This document shows, one piece after another, positions 18,701 to 33,524 of a DNA stretch of 64,000 nt (within the stretch, counting starts at the first letter, position 1; each line of letters begins with the position of its first letter). The position numbers and the translations under genes are program-made. Below the pieces are notes generated by a model. That model worked only from the letters and a program-made list of their open reading frames with translations, had not been told where the DNA came from and did no database searches. The DNA is from Limnoglobus sp. (GTDB taxonomy: Bacteria; Planctomycetota; Planctomycetia; Gemmatales; Gemmataceae). The stretch lies in assembly GCA_041742055.1 (NCBI GenBank), contig JBGSJI010000048.1, positions 6,722-70,721 of the forward strand. Direction: 5' to 3'.

Positions 18701-19938
18701 AGGACCTGCCGCCGACCGTGCGACCGATCGCCCTGCGCGTCGTGCTGTCCCGACCCGAATCGGCGAAGGCATTCCTCGACGCCGTCGAGAAGGGCGACCT
18801 CCGCTTCGACATGCTCGACCTCGATCGCAAGACCGCCCTGGCGACTCACCCGAACAAAGAGATCGCGGCCCGCGCCACGAAGCTCCTCGCGATGGGCGGC
18901 GGCCTGCCGGACGCCAACCGGCAGAAAGTCATCGAGGAACTCAAGCCCGTCCTCGCCAAGACCGGCGATGTCGGCAACGGCAAGAAGGCGTTCGCGACGC
19001 ACTGCGCCAAGTGCCACAAGCACTCCGGCGAGGGGAACACCATCGGCCCGGACCTCACCGGCTTCGCCGTGCATCCGAAGGAGGAAATCCTCATCCACGT
19101 CTTCGATCCGTCCCGCAGCGTGGAGGGGAACTACAAGGCCTACACGGCGAACCTGCTCGACGGCCGCACCCTCATCGGCCTGCTCGCCTCCGAGACACGC
19201 ACGAGCGTCGAATTGATCGACGCCGAGAACAAGCGGCACGCCATCGCCCGCGACGACCTGGATTCGCTCAAGGAATCGCCGAAGTCGCTGATGCCCGAGG
19301 GCTTCGAGAAGACGATGAAGCCCGAGGAGATCGTCGACCTGATGGAGTTCCTCACGCAAAAGGGCAAGTACGTGCCGATCCCGCTGGACAAGTACGCCAC
19401 GATCGTGAGCACGAAGGGGATGTTCTTCACCGAAGAGGACACGAACAGCCGGATGGTGTTCCGCGATTGGAAGCCGAAGGAGTTCAACAAGGTGCCGTTC
19501 TACCTCGTCGATCCAAACGGCGACAAGCAGAAGAACGTGATCCTGCTCTATAGCCCGAACGGCAACATCCCGCCGAAGATGCCGAAAGCGGTGACGCTGC
19601 CGTGCAACACGGCCGCGAAAGCGATCCACTTCCTCAGCGGTGTCGGCGGCTGGGCGGCCCCCTACGACACGACGAAGAGCGTGAGCATGATCGTGCGATT
19701 GAACTACGCCGACGGGAAGTCGGAGGATCACGAGTGGAAGAACGGCGTCCACTTCGCCGACTACATCCGCCGCGTGGAGGTGCCGGAGAGCCAATTTGCG
19801 TTCGCCCTGCGGGGGCAGCAGATCCGCTACCTGAGCGTGACGCCGAAACGGACGGACGCGATCAAGAGCATCGAGTTGGTAAAGGGCCCGGACGCCGTGG
19901 CACCGATCGTAATGGCCGTGACGATCGAGACGCCGTAA
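15790..19938 (+). CDS. ThuA domain + PVC-type membrane-bound-dehydrogenase beta-propeller + HEAT-like region + cytochrome c domain protein
   Basis: Signal peptide. ThuA-like N-terminal 220 aa (VLFLGDNAGH...GFIPLHCAS...FYTAWGHD). Dehydrogenase-domain blocks DERGRLWLA and DTDGDGKADV. Heme motif CAKCHKHSGEGNTIGPDLTG with LMPEGFE downstream. Confidence 0.88.
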   Translation: MKNLSLLLLLVVTHCAVAAPQPESLQVLFLGDNAGHQPKSRFRLLQPELAKRNIVLTYTDEVSDLNPETLNKYDGLMIYANHTEWKPENEKALLEYVASGRGFIPLHCASYCFIRSQPYIDLVGAQFRSHTTGVFRAKTTAPDHPIMKGLESFASWDETYLHTKHNSKDRTVLEVRVDGAIEEPWTWVRTHGKGRVFYTAWGHDARTWTHPGFITLVERGTRWACDKGLNDASVYVDRPKMTEFAKDAKPFEFVEATLPYYPAGERWGTLREPIKKMQKPLSAEESIKHYVTPVDFEMKPFVTEEKLGGGKPICMTWDERGRLWLALSYDYPNELQKDGEGRDKIVVCEDADGDGVCDTITTFAEKLSIPTSILNVHGGLLVLSAPHTLFLKDTDGDGKADVRKALFTGWGTRDTHAGPSNLRYGFDNWIYGMCGYSGFVGTVGTESVRFGQGLFRFKLEKDLKVSKLEFLRSTNNNSWGVAFNENGELFGSTANGCPLVHLTIPNRYFEKVRGLTPSALPNIVFDNHVEPVVKEYRQVDWHGGFTAGAGCEIYTARTYPEEYWNKVAFVSEPTAHLTAALVLHPNGSSYTARYGWNLVASRDDWAAPIDARVGPDGHMWVMDWYNIIVQHNPTPQGYRTGKGNAYEIPYRDKKFGRVYRVVYTKAKPEPRTNLKDADEAKLLDTLRNHHNLAWRLHAQRLLVEKGKTVENLKVMDGKVAVDAARVKSNSLPERLQAFLRIADEPSSAEYGKILSTCLADATTYGDQALTQAFTIAASVHDVHFLAAVTAKPALGRQDLQIVEFVAKHYASTSKGKGLSELLVALDSAASNEVAGAIVDGISSGSGGKSDTQLTPEAQKAFGNLLGKVSATSRGRLLRLSAAWGVKGLDAQFAELTKGLFVTLADDSFSDTRRLEAVRQIVEFQPDSDEAAAKIVAAVNAKSSATFSAGVFEALANSKAKSAGAAVVAKIKDLPPTVRPIALRVVLSRPESAKAFLDAVEKGDLRFDMLDLDRKTALATHPNKEIAARATKLLAMGGGLPDANRQKVIEELKPVLAKTGDVGNGKKAFATHCAKCHKHSGEGNTIGPDLTGFAVHPKEEILIHVFDPSRSVEGNYKAYTANLLDGRTLIGLLASETRTSVELIDAENKRHAIARDDLDSLKESPKSLMPEGFEKTMKPEEIVDLMEFLTQKGKYVPIPLDKYATIVSTKGMFFTEEDTNSRMVFRDWKPKEFNKVPFYLVDPNGDKQKNVILLYSPNGNIPPKMPKAVTLPCNTAAKAIHFLSGVGGWAAPYDTTKSVSMIVRLNYADGKSEDHEWKNGVHFADYIRRVEVPESQFAFALRGQQIRYLSVTPKRTDAIKSIELVKGPDAVAPIVMAVTIETP

Positions 19939-19947
19939 GATCTTCGG

Positions 19948-20012
19948 GCGTATGAAAAGGGGTCGGGAGTCGATTCCGTCGCGGCATCGACTCCCGACCC
20001 CTTTTCATACGC
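19948..20012. terminator. Bidirectional hairpin between convergent genes (27-bp perfect stem)
   Basis: GCGTATGAAAAGGGGTCGGGAGTCGAT (19948-19974) pairs perfectly with ATCGACTCCCGACCCCTTTTCATACGC (19986-20012) around an 11-nt loop. A T-run flanks the GC core on both strands. It sits 10 nt after one stop codon and 3 nt after the other. Confidence 0.75.
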
Positions 20013-20015
20013 GAT

Positions 20016-20582
20016 TCACGGAAACCCCGGCGGCGCGTCCTCTTGATTGCCGCCTTCCGGCGAGAAGAACTTCACCGTTTTCACGCGATACTGGCCGTCG
20101 GGGTCGCGCACGAACCGCGCCTTCATCCGGTAGATCTTCATGCCCTGCGCGGCCTCGCCCTTCACGTAGAAGCCCACTTCGATCTCGTTGTCGCCGTGCT
20201 CGGTGTAGTCGGCATTGCTCAAGTCCCAGACCACGACGCGGGCGTTGTAATTGCGGAGGACGTTCCAAATGTCCGCCGTTCGCATCTGCTGCTTGTTCGC
20301 CCCCCGGTAGTTGAACGAGTCCGAGAGTTGCTCGACGAACCGCTCCGGGTCGCGCGCCGTGGCGGCGTCGGCCATCGCGAGTACGCGGCGGTTCGCCTGC
20401 TCGCGCGGGCTCTCGAACGTCACGTCCACGAGATAGAGGCCGAGCAGCAACAGGCCGAAGCCGAGCGCGGCGAGGAGGGAGTTCCGGCCGCGCTTACGAG
20501 ACCAGATGGCCGCGGCGACGATGAACGCCACCGCGAAGACGAGGTACAGCGACAGCGACGGATCGGAGAGGAACGTCGGCAT
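20016..20582 (-). CDS. Membrane-anchored hypothetical protein (two N-terminal TM helices plus soluble domain of about 120 aa)
   Basis: Lies 4 nt downstream of eno on the same strand. Has the same extreme GC3 codon usage as eno. No motif recognised. Confidence 0.6.
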   Translation of the reverse strand: MPTFLSDPSLSLYLVFAVAFIVAAAIWSRKRGRNSLLAALGFGLLLLGLYLVDVTFESPREQANRRVLAMADAATARDPERFVEQLSDSFNYRGANKQQMRTADIWNVLRNYNARVVVWDLSNADYTEHGDNEIEVGFYVKGEAAQGMKIYRMKARFVRDPDGQYRVKTVKFFSPEGGNQEDAPPGFP

Positions 20583-20586
20583 GGCG

Positions 20587-21936
<1,350 letters not shown>

Positions 21937-22232
21937 TCAAACGCGAAAATGCAAGCGAAAGGGGAATTGCAAAAGGAAACCCTACGGCCGCGGGAAGGTC
22001 CGGGACTGCACTCTGTCGGGGGCCAGCTGCGATCAACCGGTTTGCATCACGATCGCGTCACTCAGGTGAGTCGGAACGTTCTCGCCTGGTTCGCTGATCG
22101 TCTGCCCTTCCCGCGGTCTGAGGTAACGCCGGCGGGGCGTTTCATCGGCGGGTCCATTCCATGTCGATTGGACAAAACAGTTATCGGCGTTCGTTCCAAT
22201 GGACTTGACAAATGGAAATGAGGTTATCCTGA

Positions 22233-23093
22233 TTATCGATTTTCGAGAAAACCTCTCAAGATCGAAAGGTTGACGGGATCCATTTCGGTGCCATCATCGG
22301 CTTCCTTGGGTGTTTCGAGAATCATCGGCGTTTTGATGAATCGTGAATCGCAGATCAGGCGCCGGAACGCTGGGAGACCAATCTTTCCCAGTCCAATACC
22401 CGCATGCCGGTCGACGCGACTCCCCAGAGGTTTGACACTATCGTTGACGTGAACGAGTTTCAGATGCTTGAGGCCAACGATGTCATCAAAGGAATCAAAC
22501 GTTGCATTCCACTCGTCGTCCGTTCCCAGCGGATATCCCGCAGCAAAAATGTGGCAGGTATCGAGACAGACACCCATCCGTTTGGGCCGGTTGACGGTCT
22601 TGAGCAGATAGGACAGGTGTTCGAATTTTGCTCCCAGACTGCTCCCTTGTCCTGCCGTGGTTTCGATCAGAACTTTGACACGGGCATCGGGGCGGGCGTC
22701 AAAAACTTCAACAAGTGCCGCTGCAACACGCTCAAGCCCCACCTCCTCGCCGGTGCCCATGTGCGCACCGGGGTGCGTAACCAGATATGATAAGCCAAGC
22801 GCCTCCGCACGATCGATTTCGTCGATGAACGTGAGAATCGATTTCCGGTAGAGTTCTTCGTCGGGTGCCGCCAGATTGATCAGGTAGGAATCGTGTGCCG
22901 TCGGAAATTTGAGTTTGGCGGATTTGATCGCCTGCGAAAAGAGAGCGATCTCATCGGAAGTAATGGGCTTTCGCTTCCATTGGGACGGGCTGGATGTGAA
23001 AATCTGGACAGTATCCATTTTCAGACCGGCGGCGGCCTCGACTGCTTTGTGGTATCCGCCTGAAATGGAAAGATGAGCACCGAAGAGTGGCAT
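22233..23093 (-). CDS. nfo: Deoxyribonuclease IV (endonuclease IV, AP endonuclease family 2)
   Basis: MPLFGAHLSISGG, HDSYLINLA, SYLVTHPG, IETTAGQGSSLG, CLDTCHIFAAGY and HVNDS. Confidence 0.93.
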   Translation of the reverse strand: MPLFGAHLSISGGYHKAVEAAAGLKMDTVQIFTSSPSQWKRKPITSDEIALFSQAIKSAKLKFPTAHDSYLINLAAPDEELYRKSILTFIDEIDRAEALGLSYLVTHPGAHMGTGEEVGLERVAAALVEVFDARPDARVKVLIETTAGQGSSLGAKFEHLSYLLKTVNRPKRMGVCLDTCHIFAAGYPLGTDDEWNATFDSFDDIVGLKHLKLVHVNDSVKPLGSRVDRHAGIGLGKIGLPAFRRLICDSRFIKTPMILETPKEADDGTEMDPVNLSILRGFLENR

Positions 23094-23221
23094 GGGAACT
23101 CGCAGGAAGACAATAAACGGACCGTTGTTGCGATGATATTGAGAATTCCCGTTATTCGATGAAATAAGTGCGAACCTTTGCGGTAGTTATTGATCAGGTT
23201 CAAGTGATCGTATCGAACTCA

Positions 23222-24532
23222 ATGAAAGTGAAAATCATGTCAAGTGCTGAGGAGCCGAATCCCCGAAGAAAAATGTCGCGGAGCGAACGGAACCTCATCT
23301 TCGTGCTCGCAGCAATCAACTTCACACACATCCTGGATTTTGTGATTGTCATGCCGCTGGGTGATCAACTCAGGCAACAGCTGAGTATCACACCCGGACA
23401 ATTCGGAATGGTTGTCTCGTCTTATGGTCTGTCGGCGGTGATCGCAGGAATTCTCGCATCGACCGTTGTGGATCGCTATGACCGGAAGAACGTTCTGTTG
23501 AGTGCGTTTGTGGGTTTTACTCTGGCGACGGTCTACTGTGGACTGGCTCCCAATTATTCCCATTTGCTGATTGCTCGTGCGCTGGCGGGGTTGTTTGGCG
23601 GGCTTGCGTCATCGATGATCATGGCCATCGTTGGGGATGTGTTTCCGGATCAGAAGCGTGGTAAGGCGATTGGAGCGGTGACCTCGGCATTTGCCGTGGC
23701 GTCGATCATCGGCTTGCCGATCGGGCTTTCGCTCGCCAATGCCTTTCAGGATTGGGGCGTACCGTTTTTGGCCATTGCGATTCTGTGCCTTCCCGTGATC
23801 GGACTGGCGATCTGGCAACTTCCGTCGTTGACGCGGCATCGGCAGGAACACCATGCCCCTCCGCTGAAGCAGTTCGCCGCCGTGATCCGGCAGCCCAATC
23901 ATTTGCGGTCCTTCGCGTTCATGCTCGCGATGGTGTTTTCCACGTTCATCATCATTCCGTTCATCGCACCGTATTTTCAGGCGAATTGCGGTGTGCGAGC
24001 GGAGCATCTGCCGATCATCTATGCAATTTCGGGAGTGGCAGCACTGATCATGATGAACGTGATCGGACATCTGACCGACCGATTCGGACCGCAGCGAATG
24101 TTCCTGATTACGGCCGGTGGCGCGATCCTCATGACAATCGTTATCACGAATCTTCCGCCGGTCGGATTGCCGATTGCTGTATTGGTCACCTGCGGGTTCA
24201 TGGTTCTGGCATCGGGTCGTGTTGTGCCGGCGCAGACGATGATGCTTCGCTCGGCCGATCCGAAATTGCGGGGTGCGTTCACCAACTTGAATACGGCGGT
24301 ATCGCATGTGGCGACCGGAACCGGGCCATTGATTGCTGGCTTGATCATTGGTGAAGAGTTCCCCGGCGGACCGTTGACGTATTACTGGCTAGCTGGAATT
24401 GTGGCTGTCTGCTTCGGGATCGTGGCCCTCGTTCTCTCGCGTAGACTCCGACCCGCGACGCAGCCGGAACAAAACTCGATCTCATCGCAGGCGATTCCCA
24501 TGATTCAGGTCCCGGTATCGGTCCAGAAGTGA
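23222..24532 (+). CDS. MFS transporter (12 TM)
   Basis: MFS motif A-like DRYDRKNVLL after TM2 and 12 hydrophobic segments. The ATG at 23222 is preferred to the upstream alternative start in the track. Confidence 0.85.
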   Translation: MKVKIMSSAEEPNPRRKMSRSERNLIFVLAAINFTHILDFVIVMPLGDQLRQQLSITPGQFGMVVSSYGLSAVIAGILASTVVDRYDRKNVLLSAFVGFTLATVYCGLAPNYSHLLIARALAGLFGGLASSMIMAIVGDVFPDQKRGKAIGAVTSAFAVASIIGLPIGLSLANAFQDWGVPFLAIAILCLPVIGLAIWQLPSLTRHRQEHHAPPLKQFAAVIRQPNHLRSFAFMLAMVFSTFIIIPFIAPYFQANCGVRAEHLPIIYAISGVAALIMMNVIGHLTDRFGPQRMFLITAGGAILMTIVITNLPPVGLPIAVLVTCGFMVLASGRVVPAQTMMLRSADPKLRGAFTNLNTAVSHVATGTGPLIAGLIIGEEFPGGPLTYYWLAGIVAVCFGIVALVLSRRLRPATQPEQNSISSQAIPMIQVPVSVQK

Positions 24533-24546
24533 TACGAAAAAAGAAT

Positions 24547-24568
24547 CGCCTCTCCGTTCGGAGAGGCG
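24547..24568. terminator. Bidirectional intrinsic terminator between the MFS gene and rpoC
   Basis: CGCCTCTCC-GTTC-GGAGAGGCG. On the minus strand (rpoC sense) it is followed by ATTCTTTTTT. On the plus strand it is followed by TTGGAATTTT. Confidence 0.8.
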
Positions 24569-24593
24569 TTGGAATTTTCAGGTCCTCTTTACA

Positions 24594-27500
24594 TCATGTC
24601 GTGACGATCGGTTCTTCGACTTCTTGCTGATTACCCTGATCATATTGCGGGAAGTGTTCGGCATTGATCCGAACTTCGGCTTCCTGGTGGATCTTGAAGC
24701 CTGTTCCGGCAGGAATCAAGTGGCCGAGGATCACGTTTTCCTTCAGACCGACAAGGTGGTCGACCTTGCTGGCGAGAGCGGCTTCCGTGAGGACCTTGGT
24801 CGTTTCCTGGAACGACGCAGCGCTGATGAAGCTATCGGATTGTACGGCAGCCTTCGTGATCCCGAGCAATTGGACTTCGCTCGTGGCCGGCGTCGGAACT
24901 TCGTAGGTCGGGAGTTTCTTCTTTTTAGCGCCGGCCGCTTCCAGTGCCGCACGTTCTTCCTCGAACGCGTCCTTGCTGTAGATGCGACCCGGGACTAGAG
25001 TGGAGTCTCCCGCATCAACCACTTTGACGCACTCGTTCATCAGGCGGTCGTTGACTTCCTGGAATGTGAACTTGTCCATGACGGAGCCGGGAAGCAGACC
25101 CGTATCGCCGGTGGTGATGACCTTCACCTTGCGAAGCATCTGCGCGACGATGACTTCAATGTGCTTATCGTCGATATCGACACGTTGGCTGCGATAGACC
25201 GATTGCACTTCTCGGACCAGATATTCCTGTACCGCTTCCAGACTGGAGATGCGGAGAATATCGTGCGGTGCGAGAGGACCGCTGACAAGCGGGTCCGCCG
25301 CCTTGACATAGTCACCGGTATGCACGGCCAGCGGCGCGCCTGCCGGAACCTGGTGCTCGCGTTCCTCGCCGATCGACTTGCCATCGTCGGTTTCTCGCTG
25401 AACCCAGATCAGCTTTTTGCCACGCTTCTTGTCCCCGATCCGGACGCGGCCGGCGACCTCCGCCATGACGGCCGGGTTGCGGGGGCGACGGGCTTCGAAC
25501 AGTTCCGTGACCCGCGGTAGACCACCGGTGATGTCGTGCGTCTTGGCCGCTTCGCGTGTCGTCTTGGCGAGGATCGTACCCGCCGTCACTCGCTCGCCGT
25601 CCTTGACCAGCACGTTGGCCTTTTCCGGAAGAGTATACGCTTTGAGAATGTTGCCGCGTTCGTCCTCGATCTGGATGGTCGGGTGAAGTTCACCCTTGTG
25701 CTCCATGATCGTGTATTGGTCGATCCCCGTCGCACCGGATTTCTCACGGCGAAGCGTGACACCTTCCTTGACGTCGACCCATTTGACCCGGCCGCCTTCG
25801 TCGCAGATGATCGGGGTCGCGTGCGGGTCCCACTTACAGAGCGGGGTGCCCGTTGCCACTTCCTGACCGTCTTTCACGTAAAGTTCCGCACCGTTCGGGA
25901 CGGCGTAGCGGTCGATGATCGTGCCACCCTTCTTGTTGAGGATGGTGATTTCACCGGTCCGGGCGAGGGCGATATCCTGGCCATCGGAATTCGTGACCAC
26001 GTTGATACGCTCGAGGACGACGAATCCGCCCTTCTTGGCTTTGAAATCGCTCGTGACAGCGTCCTTGGACGTCGCCACGCCACCAATATGGAAGGTCCGC
26101 ATGGTCAGCTGCGTGCCGGGTTCGCCGATGGACTGAGCTGCGATGATCCCGATGGCCATGCCGTCTTCGACCATGGCACCTGTTGCGAGATCCATGCCGT
26201 AGCAAAGGCGGCACAAGCCGAGCGGTGCCTGGCAAGTCATCGGACTGCGGACGGCAACTTTGTCGAAGTTCAGGCGTTCGAGCAATCGTGCCTGATCCGA
26301 TGTAATCATTTCGTTTTCATCGACGATCACCTGATTCTTCTCGGGGTGTTTGATGCGGACGCGACTGATTCGGCCTCGAATCGCATCGAACAGGGGTCGA
26401 TCGACTTCGTCGCCCTTGTACATGATCCCCTTGGTCACGCTGCCTGTGCTGCCGCAATCATGCATGGTGATGACGACGTTCTGTGCGACGTCCGCGAGTT
26501 TCCGTGTGAGGTAACCGGAGTCGGCTGTTTTGAGAGCCGTATCGGCCAAGCCCTTACGGGCACCGTGGGTACTCGAGAAATACTCCAAGACCTTGAGACC
26601 TTCGCGGAAGTTACTCTTGATCGGAGTCTCAATGATTTCGCCCGATGGTTTGGCCATCAGACCCCGCAAACCGGCGAGCTGACGGATTTGTTCCTGCCCA
26701 CCCCGAGCACCTGATGTGGCCATGAGATAGATCGGATTCAGGTACGGCTTGCCATCGCGTCGATCATTGGCGAGGTCCTTCATGAGGGCCTTGGTGATCG
26801 TCTCGCGGGCTTCGTTCCATTGCTCGATCGTCTTGATGTACCGTTCTTTCTGCGTCATCAGACCGCGTTCGTATTGTTTGCGGAATCGCTCGACTTCCTT
26901 GTCCTTGTCCTTGAGTACTTGTTCCTTGACGGCCGGTGTGCGAAGGTCGGACGCAGCAAAGCTGAGTCCGGATCGTGTGGATTCTCGGAAACCAATTTCC
27001 TTCATTCGATCGAGTAGCGTGATCGTCTCGCGCCGCCCCAAGATCAGGTAGCAATCCGCGATGATGCGCGAGAGGTGCTTGCCGGAGAGCGGGAGATCAT
27101 AGAAGGGCATTTGGCGGTGCAAAATATCGTTGAAAATGACCCGGCCGACTGTGGTGTTGACCAGACCATTGGGTTTGCGAGGGAGTTCCTCGACCTTGGT
27201 ACCACCACGCTCATCCTTGACTTCACTGATGACCTTTTTGGACTGTTCCATGCGAACGCGGATTCGGGCGTGAATGCCCAGTTTGCCTTCGGCATAGGCC
27301 ATGAAAACTTCGGTCGGGTGATGGAACACCATTCCATCACCTGCTTCGACCTTTTCGCCTTCCTCACCGCGACTCGCCGTCAGCCAGTAACAACCCATGA
27401 CGATGTCCTGGGACGGCGAAATGATCGGGTTGCCGTTGGCGGGGCTGAAGATATTATTTGTGGACATCATGAGCACGGTCGCTTCGACCTGAGCTTCGAT

Positions 27501-28952
27501 CGAGAGCGGAAGGTGGACAGCCATCTGGTCGCCGTCGAAGTCGGCATTGAAACCCCGGCAAACGAGCGGGTGAATACGGATGGCGTTCCCTTCGATCAGA
27601 ACCGGCTCGAATGCCTGAATCCCCATCCGGTGCAACGTCGGTGCACGATTGAGCAAGCAGGGGTGGTTCTTGGTCACTTCTTCGAGGATGTCCCATACCA
27701 CATCATCCTTACGCTCGAGCATCTTCTTGGCCGACTTGATCGTGTCGGCGTGTCCGAGCTCCTTAAGCCGGCGAATGATGAACGGCTGGAACAATTCGAG
27801 GGCGATCTTCTTCGGGAGACCGCACTGGTGTAGTTTGAGTTCCGGACCGACGACGATGACCGACCGGGCGGAGTAATCGACCCGTTTGCCCAGAAGGTTC
27901 TCGCGGAAGCGGCCCTGTTTGCCCTTGATCATGTCCGTGAGCGACTTGAGAGGCCGGTTGGACGAGCCCAGCACCGGCCGCTTGGAGCGGTTGTTATCGA
28001 AGAGCGCGTCCACCGATTGTTGGAGCATGCGCTTTTCATTCTTAATGATGACTTCCGGAGCGTTCAGGTCGACGAGTTTTTTCAACCGGTTGTTTCGGTT
28101 GATGATCCGGCGATAGAGATCGTTCAGGTCCGAGGTCGCGAAGTTTCCGCTGTCAAGGAGAACGAGCGGGCGAAGATCTGGCGGAATGACCGGGATGCAC
28201 TCGAGCACCATCCACTCGCACTTGTTCGATGAATCGCGCAGCGCTTCAATCGTCTTCAATCGCTTGACGAGATCCTTCTCGCGCTGCTTGGACTTCTTCT
28301 CGCCGCGGGCCATTTCTTTGTCCAGGCGGTCGCGCAGATCCTGCGCGAGTGTAACGAGGTTCAGCTTTTCCAGAAGCTTCTTGATGGCGTCAGCGCCCAT
28401 GCCGACTTCGAACGTGTCACCATATTGCTGATGAGCTTCCTTGTACTCGTCTTCGGTTAGCAGTTGGCGTTCCTTCAGCGGAGTTTCGCCCGGATCGACG
28501 ACGACATAATCCTGGAAATAGATCACCTTCTCGAGGCTGCTGGTCTTCATGTCGAGCAGCGTGCCCAGACGTGAAGGCATGGCCTTGAAGAACCAGATGT
28601 GCACGACCGGCGCCGCCAGTTCGATATGCCCCATGCGTTTGCGGCGCACGCGGCTGTGCGTGACCTTCACGCCGCAGCGATCGCAGATCATTCCCTTGTA
28701 CTTCATGCCGCGGTATTTGCCGCAAGTACATTCCCAGTCCTTTTCCGGCCCGAAAATGCGCTCGCAGAACAGGCCGTCTTTTTCCGGCCGGTAGGTCCGG
28801 TAATTGATCGTCTCAGGTTTCTTGACTTCGCCGAAAGACCAGCTGCGGATATCGTGCGGGCTGGCGAGGCTGATGCGAACCGCTCCATAGTCATTGATGC
28901 GATCGTAGTTCGAAGCTTCAGAAACTGCGGCAGCCGGAATACCAGTACTCAT
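24594..28952 (-). CDS. rpoC: DNA-directed RNA polymerase subunit beta'
   Basis: Zn finger [21 protein letters not shown]. Catalytic [12 protein letters not shown]. Bridge helix and trigger-loop blocks are present. The ATG at 28952 is preceded by GGGGAG 8 nt upstream, whereas the track start is a TTG five codons earlier. Confidence 0.99.
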   Translation of the reverse strand: MSTGIPAAAVSEASNYDRINDYGAVRISLASPHDIRSWSFGEVKKPETINYRTYRPEKDGLFCERIFGPEKDWECTCGKYRGMKYKGMICDRCGVKVTHSRVRRKRMGHIELAAPVVHIWFFKAMPSRLGTLLDMKTSSLEKVIYFQDYVVVDPGETPLKERQLLTEDEYKEAHQQYGDTFEVGMGADAIKKLLEKLNLVTLAQDLRDRLDKEMARGEKKSKQREKDLVKRLKTIEALRDSSNKCEWMVLECIPVIPPDLRPLVLLDSGNFATSDLNDLYRRIINRNNRLKKLVDLNAPEVIIKNEKRMLQQSVDALFDNNRSKRPVLGSSNRPLKSLTDMIKGKQGRFRENLLGKRVDYSARSVIVVGPELKLHQCGLPKKIALELFQPFIIRRLKELGHADTIKSAKKMLERKDDVVWDILEEVTKNHPCLLNRAPTLHRMGIQAFEPVLIEGNAIRIHPLVCRGFNADFDGDQMAVHLPLSIEAQVEATVLMMSTNNIFSPANGNPIISPSQDIVMGCYWLTASRGEEGEKVEAGDGMVFHHPTEVFMAYAEGKLGIHARIRVRMEQSKKVISEVKDERGGTKVEELPRKPNGLVNTTVGRVIFNDILHRQMPFYDLPLSGKHLSRIIADCYLILGRRETITLLDRMKEIGFRESTRSGLSFAASDLRTPAVKEQVLKDKDKEVERFRKQYERGLMTQKERYIKTIEQWNEARETITKALMKDLANDRRDGKPYLNPIYLMATSGARGGQEQIRQLAGLRGLMAKPSGEIIETPIKSNFREGLKVLEYFSSTHGARKGLADTALKTADSGYLTRKLADVAQNVVITMHDCGSTGSVTKGIMYKGDEVDRPLFDAIRGRISRVRIKHPEKNQVIVDENEMITSDQARLLERLNFDKVAVRSPMTCQAPLGLCRLCYGMDLATGAMVEDGMAIGIIAAQSIGEPGTQLTMRTFHIGGVATSKDAVTSDFKAKKGGFVVLERINVVTNSDGQDIALARTGEITILNKKGGTIIDRYAVPNGAELYVKDGQEVATGTPLCKWDPHATPIICDEGGRVKWVDVKEGVTLRREKSGATGIDQYTIMEHKGELHPTIQIEDERGNILKAYTLPEKANVLVKDGERVTAGTILAKTTREAAKTHDITGGLPRVTELFEARRPRNPAVMAEVAGRVRIGDKKRGKKLIWVQRETDDGKSIGEEREHQVPAGAPLAVHTGDYVKAADPLVSGPLAPHDILRISSLEAVQEYLVREVQSVYRSQRVDIDDKHIEVIVAQMLRKVKVITTGDTGLLPGSVMDKFTFQEVNDRLMNECVKVVDAGDSTLVPGRIYSKDAFEEERAALEAAGAKKKKLPTYEVPTPATSEVQLLGITKAAVQSDSFISAASFQETTKVLTEAALASKVDHLVGLKENVILGHLIPAGTGFKIHQEAEVRINAEHFPQYDQGNQQEVEEPIVTT

Positions 28953-29051
28953 TGAAAAACTCCCCAAAGAGAGTGAAAGTTCGATTGAATTTTGAAACCA
29001 ATAACAACGGGGAAGCCCATGGTGATTTCATGGGCGATGATCGTCCGGATC

Positions 29052-32810
<3,759 letters not shown>

Positions 32811-33524
32811 CGTGAAGCTCCTATTTTCAACGTGGTGACGGTCCGACAAGCGCCCTGTCTCTGGACAAATGGGCCTTGCGTCGGAAGCCGTAAGTCGTTA
32901 TTTCTGAGGGAACGGTCTACAGGTGCTGGCCACAAATGCAGGAACCCCACTCCCGGACACCCGGATTTCATTCGGGGTTCGAGGAACAGGGTAATACTGG
33001 GCCAAGGTGTCTGTCTGGAAGTCAAGTGATCGCAGGAGCCAGTGGGCCGCGTGCATGTTCACCACTGCTTTTGCGTTGGTTAGCGAAGTTAGGTACGATC
33101 CCAAAACAACGCAGACCGGGAAAAAAAGCCAACCTCACACCATTTCCAATGATATTCTGATTCTGCAAGTCCGTCGAGATCTCACGGCACATTTTTTGCG
33201 TCATGTTCATAAGTTGCTTGAAAAAGCAAGTGAAATTTCATGCCATTTTATTCATTTTTTTCTTTTTTCTTCGGATTCAAGGTCGCATTTCCTACCCTGA
33301 AAATACACTAAACGGCACCGTGGCTCCCCCGGAACGTATGGGTAACGAGTTCAGACTGAATGGGAACAATCCGCTCGCTCAAGAACGATCCAGCGGGGTC
33401 CTAGCGGTAATATCGATTTGGTAGTTTGAAACGATTTTGTCATTTCGTTGAATTTTGACACTTCATTTTCCCGATTTAGCGAGTAACGACCGGCCTGCAT
33501 GCCGAGTGTTCGGGGGAAGTGCAC

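Noticed and set aside
33300-33524. A cobalamin riboswitch upstream of the TonB-dependent-receptor-like gene. Fragments AATGGGAA, CAGCGG...TAGCGGTAA and GACCGGCC resemble B12-element pieces.
   Set aside because: The conserved GGTG..AA..CC and CCCGC blocks and a proper B12 box (AGxCAGGAxACCTGCC) are missing. The order and spacing do not fit. A TTGACA hexamer at 33455 would leave only a short leader.
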